A stretch of DNA of 64,000 bases, from NCBI RefSeq assembly GCF_009834535.1, contig NC_045697.1, positions 108,812,001 through 108,876,000 on the forward strand, read 5' to 3'. This document shows, piece after piece, positions 50,241 to 62,898 of the stretch (position 1 is the stretch's first letter; each line of letters begins with the position of its first letter). The DNA is from Camelus ferus (Eukaryota). The translations under genes and the position numbers were made by a program. The notes under the pieces are model-generated. The model saw only the letters and a program-made list of their open reading frames with translations, was not told the DNA's origin and ran no database searches.

Positions 50241-51239
50241 AGACGGGGCGGGGGGGGGGCGGTCTCCTGTGGATTAAACACTGGCTAGGTTTAATGCAGT
50301 AATCACCCACCCACAGACACACACCCCGTTCTAGATTGACTGTGACTGACACCATCCTGTTCGTGCTCTTCTGATAGCTGAGGCACAGTTCCTGGTTCTG
50401 TCGCCCAGCCTGGTCTCTACAGCTGGGCTTGACCATGTCCACTCCCAGCATCAGAGCCCAGGAGCTCCTCGGAGAAGAAACATCTACCTCTTTTGTAGAG
50501 CCATAATTACCGAAAGGACAATAGTTAATGTCTGTTGGTCTCTGAAGCACTGGCATGTGACTCATTTCATTCGATTCCTGTGATTTGTGAGATTTAATTA
50601 CTCTCGTTTAACAGATAAAGAAACTGAGGCTCAGGGAAGTTAATTGATTTGACCATAATCATACAGTGTGTAAGGGGCAAATTGGGACTCACAGCAAGAT
50701 CTAAGAGCAATTAGGATTTGTAAATAAGTTTGTTAAATAAATAACACAGTAATAAATGGGCTTTATGATTCCCCCAAGTGAAGCTTTTCCCTTGATCACA
50801 GTGGTTTCTCTTGTGTCCTGAGGAGCAGGAGAGTTCTTTGGGATTTATGGGAGGTCGTCTTAGGGACTCTAGGAGAAGGAAGGGCTACTGGGGCTCAAAG
50901 CCCAGCCCACCCCTACCCCTTGTCATCATCCAAAGCAACCCTACTCCCCACACCCCTGAATAGTTACTTGAAGACATTCCTGGGGTGGGGGTGGGGGGCA
51001 GGCAGCGCTGGAGGAACAGCCTCACCAATGACATGGCATGCATAGTCTTTAAACACCGTTTGAGGATGATGGCGATGTTATTGGGAAGCTGCAACCTAAA
51101 AGTGAGAAAGAGAAACAAATGCTTCCTATTCTCCAAATGCATTGTGTCCCATGGGGGAGAATAGTTTATATCAAGTGGATGACAGGCAGAAGCAGCATTA
51201 TCTTCTGGGTGGAGATGTGGAGGGGAGACCCAGAACTTT

Positions 51240-52208
51240 CCCTTTTTTTTTTTTTAATTGAAGTATAGTCAATTTACAATTTGCATCAGTTTCTGGTGTA
51301 CAGCATCATATTTCAATCATACATATATATACATATATTTGTTTTCATATTTTTTTATTATAGGTTACTACGAGATATTGAATATAGTTCTCTGTGCTAT
51401 GCAGTAGGACCTTGTTTATCTATTTTATATATAGTAGTGTGTATCTGTTAATCTGAAATTCCTAATTTATCCCTCCCCCTTCTTTCCCCTTTAGTAACCA
51501 TAAGTTTGTTTTCTATGTCTGTGAATCTGTTTCCATTTTGTAAGTAAGTCCATTTGTGTCTTTTTTAAAGATTCCACATATAAGTGATATCATATGGTAT
51601 TTTTCTTTCTCTTTCTGGCTTACTTCACTTAGAATGACAATCTCCACGTCCATCCATGTTGCTGGAAATAGCATTATTTCACTCTTTTTTATGGTTGAGT
51701 ATAAATATCCCACATCTTCTTTATCCAGTCATCCGTTGATCTGTCAATGAACATTTAGGTTGTTTCCATGTCCTGGCTATTGTAAATAGTGCTGCTATGA
51801 TAAATCAATAAATCAATAAATAAAATTTTAAAAACTTTAAAAAACAACATTGTAAACTGTACTTCAATAAAAATATATAAAAAATAAAATAAAGTTTTAC
51901 AATCTTAAAAAAAATAGTGTTGCTATGAACATTGGGGTGCATGTATCTTTTCGAATTAGAGCTTTCTCCAGACACATGCTCATGAGTCAGATTACTGGAT
52001 CATAGGGAAACCCTATTTTTAGTTTTTAAAGGAATCTCCATGCTGTTTTCCATAATGACTGCATCAAACTACACTCTCACCAACAATGCAGAAGGATTCC
52101 CCTTTCTCCACACATTTTCCAGCATTCATCACTTGTGAACATTTTAATAATGGCCATTCCGATCAGTGTGAGGTGATACCTCTTTATAGTTTTGATTTGC
52201 ATTTCTCT
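51240..52208 (-). mobile_element. Young 5'-truncated L1, antisense, containing a secondary short sense insertion (about 51801-51911)
   Basis: Perfect 16-bp TSD GGAGACCCAGAACTTT at 51224-51239 and 52209-52224, and L1 ORF2 C-terminal translation. The inner insertion is flanked by AAATAGTG(C/T)TGCTATGA. Confidence 0.95.
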
Positions 52209-52249
52209 GGAGACCCAGAACTTTTGAGAGATTTATATTTAAACCCCAA

Positions 52250-52810
52250 GCCTTCAACTGGTTAGCATGAGCCTCAGGTTTCACCACTTGTAATAGTGAT
52301 CTTAATAAACTTCCTTTATAGAATTATCATGAAAATCACCTTTTGTTTTGTCTTGTTGTCATATCCTGATGCCTAGAACAGAACCTGGCACATGGTAGGT
52401 GTTCAATAAATAGTCATTGAATGAATGAAATGAAATGACAATTATGAAAACTTTCTACCTAACCCAGTATCTGACTCACTGAAGATGCATTTTTTTCTTC
52501 CAGGGAAAATGAATCAACTGACTGAAGACAGAGAATGTTTTTGGAGAGGAAGTAGAATGAAATAGTAATAGTAGCTAAATACTATTAGAATACTCTGTGC
52601 CCCAGACACTGCGCTACGTGCTCGCACATATTAACTCTTGTGCCCCTAGGAAAGTTATTTAACCCCTCAGACTTAGTTTTCCCATTTATAAAGTAGAAAC
52701 AATAGCACTGACCTCATAGCCTTACTATGAGAGTGAAGTCACTTAATCCACATATAATTCTTAGAACAACTCCTCACATATGGTAAGTTCTCAATATGCT
52801 TTAACTCTGC
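52250..52810 (+). mobile_element. Cluster of MIR and L2 3'-end fragments
   Basis: TGCCTAGAACAGAACCTGGCACATGGTAGGTGTTCAATAAATAG..TGAATGAATGAA (L2); AAGTTATTTAACCCCTCAGACTTAGTTTTCCCATTTATAAAGTAG (MIR). Confidence 0.7.
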
Positions 52811-52908
52811 TTAGGTTATGAAATCTCCTCCACTCCATGTTTTACCAAGGTGCTGTTCTGAGGTCAGTGAATAAATGCTTTACAAATTTTGAAATGAGAT
52901 CTATGTAG

Positions 52909-53048
52909 TGTCAACTGAAATAAAATGCACAGCCTTAAAGTTGAGGGTTATATTTTACTCAGTGGACTTTCTGAGGACTTGGGCCTGGGAGGCAGCCTCC
53001 CAGATCCTTTTAAGAGACTGTTCCACCCAGGCAAGGGCGAAGCCAGAA
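52909..53048 (-). repeat. Inverted copy of the 3' 140 bp of the adjacent LTR
   Basis: Reverse complement of 53425-53564. The first 27 bp are identical, with 14 mismatches over 129 bp and no gaps by manual alignment. Confidence 0.92.
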
Positions 53049-53054
53049 CAGAAC

Positions 53055-53564
53055 TGTGAATTAAAAATGTTGCCTTTCGTATCAGTAAACAAAGGATGCT
53101 GTCGTCATCAAGTCATCAGCCGCCACGGCCCCCTGCTCCTGCCCTGACAGTGAGCGGAGGGAACTCAGGATGGAGACAAGCAGGCAGCCCGGCCTCTGCT
53201 GCCACCCCCGACGGTGCCCCTGAGGGAACTCAGGATGGGAAAGCACCGGACACCGGCCCTAGAGAGCCAGGTGCATATCAAAGGAATGATTTCAATGGGC
53301 CCAGACCTTTGCACCTTGCCATATATATACAAAAGCACAAAATTCCTTGAGATATCTGGTTTCCTTTAACGGTAAACTTTTGATGTTCCGACTACCTGGT
53401 CTTTGTTGCAAAAACTCCTATATATCCTGCCTCCTCCCTTACCTGGGTGGAACAGTCTCTTAGAGAGATCTGAGAGGCTGCCTCCCAGGCTCAAGTCCTC
53501 AGAAAGTCTACTAAATAAAACAAAACTCTCAATTTTTAGGCTGTGCATTTTATTTCAGTTGACA
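53055..53564 (+). mobile_element. Solo ERV1 LTR (MER41-like cetartiodactyl family)
   Basis: TGTGAA...TTGACA termini, internal direct repeat GAGGGAACTCAGGATGG x2, TATA-like CCTATATAT (about 53417-53425) and AATAAA (53514-53519). Resembles recalled MER41-type LTRs of artiodactyls. Confidence 0.85.
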
Positions 53565-53689
53565 GTTTGCAGTAGGAGCATTTACCAGAGGACACAGGGT
53601 TTCAGCTGGGCCTTCACTAAATTTGGATGGGGAGAATAGAGTGGGAAAAGCATTCCAGAAGGAGGGAGGATGTAAGGGATGGAGTTAGA

Positions 53690-53840
53690 CCACTTACTAG
53701 TTTCCCTGTGTGTAAAACTGGGATCATACCTTCCTCACAGGGTTATTGCTATTAGGGTGTTATATGAAGTAATGAATGTAAAATTCTTAACATAGTGCCA
53801 GGCACATAAGCATCCAATACGGGCAGCTAGTGTTACCATC
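53690..53840 (+). mobile_element. MIR SINE
   Basis: AGTTTCCCTGTGTGTAAAACTGGGATCATACCTTCCTCACAGGGTT...CATAGTGCCAGGCACATAAG. Confidence 0.8.
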
Positions 53841-55143
53841 ATCACAGAAGAAACAGATGGGCAGAAATGAAAGTTTGTGAGACAAAGAGACACTAGCCAC
53901 TTCCATAGAAGAACTGAGCTAGCCTTAGGTTCCCAGAATATAACATTAACTTAGTGATTTTTTTCAGCTACATACGACCTTCTTAGTAGCACAAACCTGG
54001 TTTAAGTGGATACTTAAGTCTTAATGGTTGGAACTGGGGGGTGGGAAGTGGGACGTGACTTTGAATAGACTGCTTAGAATAATTTTCATACTTAAATTGA
54101 AAGTTCAAGTGAAAGTTACTGAGAAACTGAGTCACTGGAAAGTAAAGTAAGTTCAGTGAGGAGGTGGTTTATTCTTTCTTCACAGCCTTGCAGGCAGGCA
54201 GAGTCGTGCTCCTTGAAAGTCACCCTGCTGTGGCTGGAGCAGGAAGAAGTCGTAATGTGAGCCAGATGACTTTCCAGCCACTCCTTAACATACTTGATAG
54301 AAACTTCGAGCTCCCAAAATAATTTCCCTGACCTCAGCGCTCTTTGGGACGCTGGTATTCCCTGCTGGACCCTTCACCAACCCTACCCCAAATATCTTAC
54401 AGAGGCATGGCCTTAGGCCTAACTTTTCCTGTCGTATCTGTGGCAGGAATTGCTATTTTAGTTGTTTTTTAGTTTACATGTGAAGATTCTGTGCACCTAC
54501 AGAATGGAAGGGCATTTTCTCGTTGGAGCTTTATGGACTCAAGCGTGGAGTTTTGTGGATTTACCTACAGTATGTACAAAGCCCCAGGTGACTCAGCAGA
54601 CGTGTCTTCTGCAATCTGTGTTTGGAGATACTGTAAACATATACTCTTTCTTCCTTCTGTACGGTACCGAATTAAAAACCTCCGAATTTTTCCAGCCTGG
54701 GTTGATTACCCGACACTTCACGTGCCCAGGTCGGGGTGGGGGGGTACACTCTGCAGGGAAGCTTCCTGTCCGTAGCAGCTCACACCAGCTCGTCTCTGCC
54801 CTCTGGGGATTCTTTCACCACGCTGATCTGAAACTTAGCATCTAATGGCTTTTTATTACCCAGTGCGTTTATTCTGTCTTCCCAACCAGGTGACAGGGAC
54901 CAGGTGGGGACTAGGTCTTACTTTAACTTTTAACTACTCTTCATCCCCTCTCACTACCTAACAAAATGCACCGGCAGAGAAGGCTCTTGAAGAAACAATA
55001 TTTTACCCCTCGATGACAGTCCTCCTCCCAGTTCAGAAATAGCTCAACTGAAAATGAGTCTATGATTGAATCGTTATTTTCTTTGCTCTGAAAACAGAAA
55101 ACACGTCATTCCTAAGAAGTTAGCGTGGGGTCTGTAATGTTCA

Positions 55144-55211
55144 TTTGTTTGTTTGTTTTATTGGAGGTACTGGGGATTGAACCCAGGACCTCATGCATAC
55201 TAAACATGCTC
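55144..55211 (-). mobile_element. 5'-truncated tRNA-Ala-derived SINE
   Basis: TGGAGGTACTGGGGATTGAACCCAGGACCTCATGCATACTAAACATGCTC. The TSD TCTGTAATGTTCA lies at 55131-55143 and 55210-55222. Confidence 0.9.
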
Positions 55212-56751
55212 TGTAATGTTCAGTTTTTAAACACTGTGTTTCAGATGCTTCACCAGGGGACAATATCAGAGTGTGTGGAAATGAACATGTCCTGGTTGTG
55301 AAGATTCAGCTTGGGACTAATTCTGGACTCTGTGTTCTGCTTCTAGAAAGCCAAGGTCTCAGACAGTTCTATTTATTAATTGGATTTGGCAAGGGGAATT
55401 CATTCCTTATAAAAATACACAAGCAAGCTATTAAAAATAACGTTCAAAGGGGAAAGTTAAAAATAATGTGCAAAAGGCCGAATTGCTTAACTCAAATACA
55501 AGTTTACGAAAATAATTCTATTAAAATTTCCATAGGCATTTATTGGTAACATTGAAGTGTCTGAAGAAGACGAGTCAGATGTGGGGTGTTAGTTCAAGCT
55601 CCTCAGAAACTGAGAGTTTTTTTCCCTCTTCAACATTTTGTATAGTTTTTAATAATAAAGACTTTCTACATGGTGGAAAGATGGAGCAGAGTTTTAAAAA
55701 GTGAATCTCCTAAAACCTTAAGCAAATTTTATGTACTTGTCCTTTTTCTAGAAAAAATCCAAAGCTTTATTTGGATTCTCAAAAGAAGTCGTTAATCAGA
55801 TTTAAAAACACAGGTCATCTTCCTACCCACTACCTTGAACTTAACAGGAGAGATGTAGACACTTCTAAATCACTTTTATTCCAAGTATCTCAAATTTCAA
55901 TGCATTTTTCACTTACATCAAAGTAAACAAACACAAAAACCCTGTACCTTTAACAATCTCAAAATTAGAAAGAAAAAAAAAGCCCCACTGGTGGCATTTA
56001 TTCCCAGGCTGAGCTTCTGTAACGACCCCATGGGCCTGTGGAACTTGACAAGGATTTCTAGACTTGCTCTTAAGTTGCTCTTTGAACATCTGGAGTCCTC
56101 ATACGAGTGAGGCTGCTAAGTCATTAAGAAGTGTCAGCTTTTTAGTTTGCCTGATTAAAAACGTAGTACCGTCTCCCTCAGGTCCCATAAAAACCACTAG
56201 ACGTGCTTAACCGATTCCCACACACTGAAACCATTCTCTGGGAGTTAATTAGGAACTGTGCTTTTCCCAGACTCAGAAGTTTTTGAACTGATCGGCACAG
56301 TGGGTCTATTACACACATTATTGAAAGTTGAAAAAAAAAAAAAGTTGCCTGAGCTTGTGGGAAAGGTTCTTACAGAAAATAAAAATCAAAAAAGGAGGAA
56401 GCTTTATGTGAAATAAAGTTTGTTTTTAAGAAGTCTGCCTTCTTGTTAATTCAATAGGTTGGAGGTGGAGCAGTGTGGGAAGCAAAACAGGTTTTCAGGG
56501 GATAATTTTAAAGACTCCTGCTTCTGTTGGTGGGGACATCACAAAGCAGTGAATGACACTCCAGCTGAGAACAGAGGTCACCCAAGTGACAACAGAACTT
56601 GAAAAGGACAGCAAATAGCTCTAAAAATATATATTCTATCTTTATGCTAAGGAAAGCTATAGAATATGATTCAAATACCAAAAGAAAGATCCAAAATAAA
56701 AAATTAGAGAATGAATCATATCTGTTGTGCTTTACACATCTTAAAATATAC

Positions 56752-56841
56752 TTTCTTTTTTTTAATGGAGGTACTGGGGATTGAACCCAAGACTACATGC
56801 ATGCTAAGCACATGCTCTACCACTGAGCTATACCTTCCCTC
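56752..56841 (-). mobile_element. tRNA-Ala-derived (Vic-1-type) SINE
   Basis: TTTAATGGAGGTACTGGGGATTGAACCC...GCATGCTAAGCACATGCTCTACCACTGAGCTATACCTTCCC. Confidence 0.9.
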
Positions 56842-58249
56842 CACCCTGTAAGGTATTTCATTCTTCCTTCTCAAGGACACCTGAGCCCCAGCCTGTTATA
56901 TGGGACAACACACCTTGTTACTACACTAGAGAAGGAAAAAAAAAAAAAGAGGAAATCATTTAATAGAGAATCATTTGTTCTTTAAACATTACTTTTGCCT
57001 TTTGTCATTTTTTTTTCTCTTCAAATCATTTCCTTTTCAAATCTTCCTTTTGCAGCCTGGAACTTGAAATCCATAGCTTTCACATGGATTATTTACTTCT
57101 TTTCCAAAAGCATCAAAGATGTTTCATTCCAAGCAAGAAGTTAATTTTCAATGAGGCCATTTGAGAGCATTGGTCTAACATAATTCAAGCCTATCTGGAA
57201 AAACCACACCTCCAAACAGAATCAGAACCCTGGTTACTATTCAACCTGTGCTTCCTTGTTACGCACAACAGTCATAATATTTACAGAGAAGTGGTAGATA
57301 GGGAATTAAGAATGTTCATATGAGACCGTTGAAATCTATTGTTTTTGTAAAGATGTCTTAGAGTACGGCCTTGTCTGTTTGTTCCATATACATGCTCTTT
57401 TCTCCCAGGTGATCTTTTTTATCAGCATAAAGGAAATGGTTTCACCGCTGTGGGAAAGCGTTCTGGGAGGAGCAGGGAACAGTTTACAGGTGTCTCAAAT
57501 GAGTTCACTTTAGGTCCTATTCCAAGTTCAGGAATGGGAAAATTTCTCTTTCTCACCCTCGCTATCTCAGAGGTGTCCAAGATCCACCCGCCCTCCCCTT
57601 GGGCAGCTGAAAGGTAAGTTGGTCACATAGGGAAGTTGACAAGACCTACCATGGTCTTGGGGCTAAGTCTGGAATCATTTCCACAAGGTGGTCATCAAGC
57701 AAAGTGCTGGCTACCGTCCAAGGAAGACTTCCCCGGCATGCTGTGAGGAGAGAGGATCACTGCTGCAGAGCCCAGGCCCAGGCAACGGACATGGCCCATT
57801 CCAGTGGGCACTGGGTATCTGCAGAGCCAACTCAGCTCCCACAGTCCCAAGACCTCCAGACAGTGTCCCTCTCCATGGCCTTAGCTGCACTCTTCCTCAC
57901 TCTTGTGTGGCTCTCAGGGCCTCTCTCTCCTCCCCACACCTGGAGGGAGTCTTTTTTCATCTTGAGAGGAGACTCCACTTTCCTCATATCCTTTCTCTTT
58001 AATGTTCTTCCCATGTTCCAAGTCTCATTATTCTGTACGGTTCAGGCTTTGGAAAGCAAAGAAGGGAAGACTTCTTTTCCTCCTGCATTTTTTCCTATAA
58101 AGAAGAGAGTTAATGCTGACCCAGGCCTGACTGTAGGCCAGTTCCTGCAAAGCCTGGCCTCTACCTGCCTTGCCACACTTTTCTTCACTTGAGATGCTTT
58201 CTTCCAGTTCCTTAACCCATTCAGGCTCCTTCCCTCCCAGGGTGTTTGT

Positions 58250-58570
58250 TTGCCCAGAATGTCTTTCTCCTTTCATCTCCTTTGCCTGGTTGACCTTTAT
58301 GTATCAGTCAAATCTCAAGTCTCAGCTCCTGACACTTCTCAGTGACTTCCTTCCTGACCTTGAGACTAGGACAGATTCCCATATTATATCATTTTATAGA
58401 AGCATACTACTCCTTCAGTATTTAGTACAGTTGCAATTTTATATTTGCCTATGTCATTATTCAGTACCATCTGTCTCTCCCATTAGACGGCCAATTCCAC
58501 AATGACGGGTTTTTGTCACTTTCACTGTTAACGCCTCAGCGCCTAGCATAATAAGCATGATAGTCTCTTG
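58250..58570 (+). mobile_element. LINE-2 3' region
   Basis: TGCCCAGAATGTCTTTCTCC...AAGTCTCAGCTC...CCTTCCTGACC...TCTGTCTCTCCCATTAGAC...CCTCAGCGCCTAGCATA. Confidence 0.65.
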
Positions 58571-60759
58571 TGGAATAGTCATTTTTTTTCCTCTCTATAA
58601 TCTTTGGGTCACTAGGCTTGAATCAATTCTATACGGAAAACTCTGAGTAACTAAATAAATTAGGCAATATCAATCTGGACTTCCTAGGATTTTGTATGAT
58701 TTATCTAACAGAATAATTGAACATGGCAGATAATGATCAAATTTAGGGGGAAAAGAGATTCAAAGTTGAAATTCCACAGCCTAAGTATAAGTAGCTGTTG
58801 CAAAAGGTTATTAGCCTTGTAGTAGACTTAAATTTTGCAACTACTGTTCAGAAATGCAAAAATACACTTAAAAAATTAAACTCTAATTGCCCACAAAACC
58901 CCTTTCCATTAGGTAGCAGAAAAACAACGAACAAGCTTTCCACTTAAATATTAACTGTCTTCTGTTTTAAAATTTAATTTCTCCTTAGAAATTACTCAGA
59001 CTTTGTAGGATTTATATATATTTATATATATACATATATTATACATATACACATATTATTTATATGTATATAAATATACATTCCCCGCATGACATCTCAG
59101 TGCCAGTGCAGGAAATTATTATAAATAGAAAAGATGTTACAAAAGAGTAAACTAGTCAATTGGTGGTGATAACTTTCCCTTTAGGAAAAACAAGATTATA
59201 TCCTTGCCTCTATCACACACAAAATAAATCTAAATACAGAAACAAAGCTTGTAATCTACTAGAAGAAAATACAGAGGAAAATTACATGGCCTTTAGGTAG
59301 GGACAAGAAAAATCAAATTAGTATAAATAAGAGAAAGAGATTAAGTGATCTCAATTTTAAATGATAATGAAATGAGTTGACTTGAAAACATACTTGAAGT
59401 AATAAGAAACTTTGGTGATATGACTAGGTATGAAACAAATAATCAAAAATCATTCACTATTCCCTATACTAATAATAATCAGAAAATTGAAAAAAGAAGA
59501 TATTACATTCACAGTAGCAACTAAACTATAAAACACTTAGGAATAAATTAAGAAAATAAAGGATTATATATGGTAATCTGAAGCAAACATCATGATATAT
59601 AAATTGGTAGATACATATTTGCATTGTATATACTTTCCCATACTTTTAAATTAAAAATTATTTAATTTCAAATTAATGTCAAATTAATGATTATTCTCTC
59701 GTGATATTGTACGTGAGTCTTCTTTTACCAAGTTAATTATTATTTTGGTTTCTTTCTTTTTGGTAACTAATTTATGATGTCTAATTTAATCTGGTAACTT
59801 ACTGTTCATTGCATGAACAGTATGAAGTTCCCCTGGATTCTTAGACTATAGGCGTGGGGCAAATACCTCTCTGCGAACCACTCCAAGTGTTGAGAGATGC
59901 AATTCTGGATCTTTTCTGGGGAGTGGTTGCTCGTGGGGCAGGCAGTAACATGAAAATGACTCTTATCTCCGTGCTGAGTTGTCTGTTTTGCAATACAGAA
60001 AAGAAGGTGTGGCACCAGCCAACAACGCTGGTGTGACTTTGCATTGACAACAGGAGAGTTTAGTGGTGTACAAAGAGGAAGTTAGGGGAAAACAAAACAA
60101 AATAAAGCCTGGTCTTTATTCCTAATGCAGGAAACAAGACTGTCTGTACCCTCATTGAATTCTCCAACTGAGCAAATATTTAATCATATTAACAAGCTGC
60201 TGATATTTAATACATACTACTGGGGAGATATAAAGGGATTGTCTAACAGTCTAACTTAAAAAAAGAGTCATGATCTTGTTGGGATTTGATGACTCAGAAA
60301 AAATAAGTAAAAGTGGAGTGAAAGGGGGCCCCTATTCTGCTGGCTTTTCTGCCTGACACGTTGGCTAAGATTCTCCAATCAAGGAGGCTGACTTCTTTAG
60401 ACTTAAATTAGGCTAACGTATGAAGATGAACATGTAATTTATACTGCATTAAACCAGCAAGTTTTCACCAATCCAATACTGTGTATAGTTTCTGTTTTAG
60501 TTGGCCAGGAATTTCCTAGCCTTGGTGACAGGAAGATGTTTAACAGGGAGAATCAGAAGGAGATGTTAGTTTCAGAATTTGCAGATCAAAGTTAGAAAAA
60601 ATTCACTTCAGTTCAGGCAAGGAAATTTGCATATACACTCAAGTAAAAAGTTAAAAAGTTTTGACCTTGATGTTTTATTCACTATAAACATATACTTAAT
60701 CAATTATCTATTAAAAAACATTTAAATAGTTTCCAGTCTTTCATTGTTTTAAGCTATTA

Positions 60760-61093
60760 TAGGACTGCAATTTGTTATCAGCATTCCAAAACAAAAAGCT
60801 CTGAAAACCTTTTTATAACCTACATGGTGGTAAAAAGCTGACCTGACTTGAACTTTTTTGGCAAAAACAAACTATGCGGCTATTAAGTTATTTATACTCC
60901 TTACATATCTGACTTCATGTGAACGTGTTTCACTGTGAAATTATTAATGTCTGATTGTGGGATCTGCTCTAGTATTCCCAGGGGTGTCATGTAATATGGA
61001 GTATATCCATGTTTTAACTTTTTCAAAACTGAAAAATTCTGACTTCTGAAACATATATCCCCCCATGGTTTTGGATAGGGAACTATGGACCTG
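60760..61093 (-). mobile_element. MER46C-like TcMar-Tigger element
   Basis: AAAAGCTCTGAAAACC...ATTAATGTCTGATTGTGGG...CTGAAAAATTCTGACTTCTGAAACA...GGATAGGGAACTATGGACCTGTA; TA flank. Confidence 0.7.
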
Positions 61094-61169
61094 TATTCAC
61101 TGCAACAAATATCTTTAATATCTTTGTTTCATTAGGAGAAATTTATATTACGTACAACATATTTCTCAT

Positions 61170-61360
61170 TCAGATTTTCTGGGTTTGAGTCCTCGTTCTG
61201 TTACTGTTTATTAACTGTAGCTATATTTAAATTTTCTCAGCAGTAAAATGGGAATGATACTAGTTGCAGTTATTCTGAGGATGGAGTGAGGGAACACAAG
61301 AAAAACATTCAGAACAGTTGGGTAATTAGTAAGCATTTAATACATGTCAGCTATAATTAT
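61170..61360 (+). mobile_element. MIR SINE within old antisense L1 remnants
   Basis: CTGGGTTTGAGTCCTCGTTCTGTTACT...GTAAAATGGGAATGATA...GTAAGCATTTAATACATGTCAGCTAT. Confidence 0.75.
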
Positions 61361-62296
61361 AATAAGAGTGTACCAATTTATATTTCTGACAACAGTGCAC
61401 TCATTTTTTATGCTCTTACCTACATTTGGTATAACTATTGTTTATAATCTTGTCTAATGTAATAGACCCTCCCCTGAAAGATATCCCATTTTTGCTTGCA
61501 TTTCTTTTAGTGATATTGAAAATATTTTCATGCTTTATTAGTATTTCAATACTCCATGTTTTTTGAATGTCATACTTTTCAAAGACCTTCTCTATTAAAA
61601 TATAAAAAAATATTTACATTTACCTATAGTTTCCCCTGTATTTGCAAGTTTCTTTCCTTTTTTTCCTCTCTTCCTTTCTGTTCTTTTTCCTCTTCTCCTG
61701 TCTTTCCTTTCTTCCTTTTTTTCTTTCTTTCCTTTCTTCCTTCCTTTTAAGAGCTTAATCCTTCTAGATTATTCTAACATATCATTTAAAGAATCCTATA
61801 TTGTTAGCCAGTTTCCCCAATACCAGTTACCGAATAATCCATCTTTTTCACCACTGATTAAAAACCATTTTTATCATACGCAAATTATCTTTTTCCAGAC
61901 ATCATATATTATTCCTTTGATTGACCTATTGTTTCTCTTGCCCACCCCATATTGTTTAAGCTTCTGGTGTAGGTCAAACACTATTTTTATTTTTCACAAA
62001 TTTCCTAGATATTGATACATATTTATTCTTCCAGACAAAAATCAGAATTATCTTACAAAATTTTCAACAAAACTGCATTGGGATTTTTGACTGAAATTAA
62101 CTTAGAGGAAACAGACATATTTCAATATTGATTCTTCCCATTTGTTCAAGGACATGAAATATGTCCCCAATTCTTTTTAAAGTTTCATAAACTTCAAAGT
62201 CTTTGCCAATAGCTACAGCTAATTAACGAGTTCTGAAATATGCATGCCCTTTTGATTTACAGCAGATTGAAAACTAAATTGATTAATATGCGAATA

Positions 62297-62498
62297 CAGT
62301 TAACCCTTGAACAACTTGGGGGTCAGGGGCACTGACTCTCCACGAAATTGAAAACATGCATATAACTGTACAGTCAGTCCTCTGTATCCCTGCATTCAAC
62401 CGAGGACCAGTGTAGTCCTGTAGTATGTATTCAGTGAAAGAAATCCGTATCTTAGTGGATCCTTGCAGTTCAAACCTGTGTTTTTCAAGGGTCAACTG
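62297..62498. mobile_element. Tigger1-derived MITE (Tigger1a_Art-like)
   Basis: Terminal inverted repeats CAGTT(A/G)ACCCTTGAA(C/A)AA and a TA duplication on both sides. Confidence 0.9.
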
Positions 62499-62521
62499 TA
62501 CCTTTATCTGTACTAGGTGGT

Positions 62522-62898
62522 TGTTATGGACTGAATGAATGACTCAAGACTCATAGTTGAAGCCCTAACCCCCCAGTGCGATGGTATTTGGAGATGGGGC
62601 TTTGTAGAGGTAATTAGGATTAGATGAGGTTATGAAGAGGGGCCCTTATGATGGGACAGAACTCTTATAAGAAGAGACACTGGAGAGCTAGTGCTTGCTC
62701 TCTCTCTGTCCCTGTGCTGGTACAAAGAGGAGGTCATGTGAGCATCAGAAAGAAGGTGACTGTTTGCGAGAGCCCTCACCATAAATTGACCATGTTGGCA
62801 CCCTGATTTCGAGGCTCAAATTCAGCAGAATGAATTTCTGTTGTTTAAGCCACACAGTCAACGGTATTTTGTTATGGCAGCCCCAGCAGACTACAATA
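62522..62898 (+). mobile_element. MLT1A-like MaLR solo LTR
   Basis: TGTTATGGACTGAATG...GATGGTATTTGGAGATGGGGC...AATTTCTGTTGTTTAAGCCAC...TTTGTTATGGCAGCCC. 5-bp flanks GTGGT and GTAGT. Confidence 0.9.

Noticed and set aside
50981..51002. G-run clusters as G-quadruplex elements (also about 1533-1562 and 44965-44995)
   Set aside because: Common in mammalian DNA, with no context suggesting function.
52909..53564. Classical DNA transposon/MITE interpretation of the long inverted repeats
   Set aside because: The interior and right arm form a complete LTR (TG..CA, TATA, AATAAA), and no TA or 8-bp TSD is present. Also, no perfect STAT GAS site (TTCNNNGAA) was seen, so interferon-inducibility is not claimed.
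57704..58192. 162-aa ORF with hydrophobic stretches
   Set aside because: Non-ATG start; the hydrophobicity comes from CT-rich low-complexity DNA; no family resemblance.
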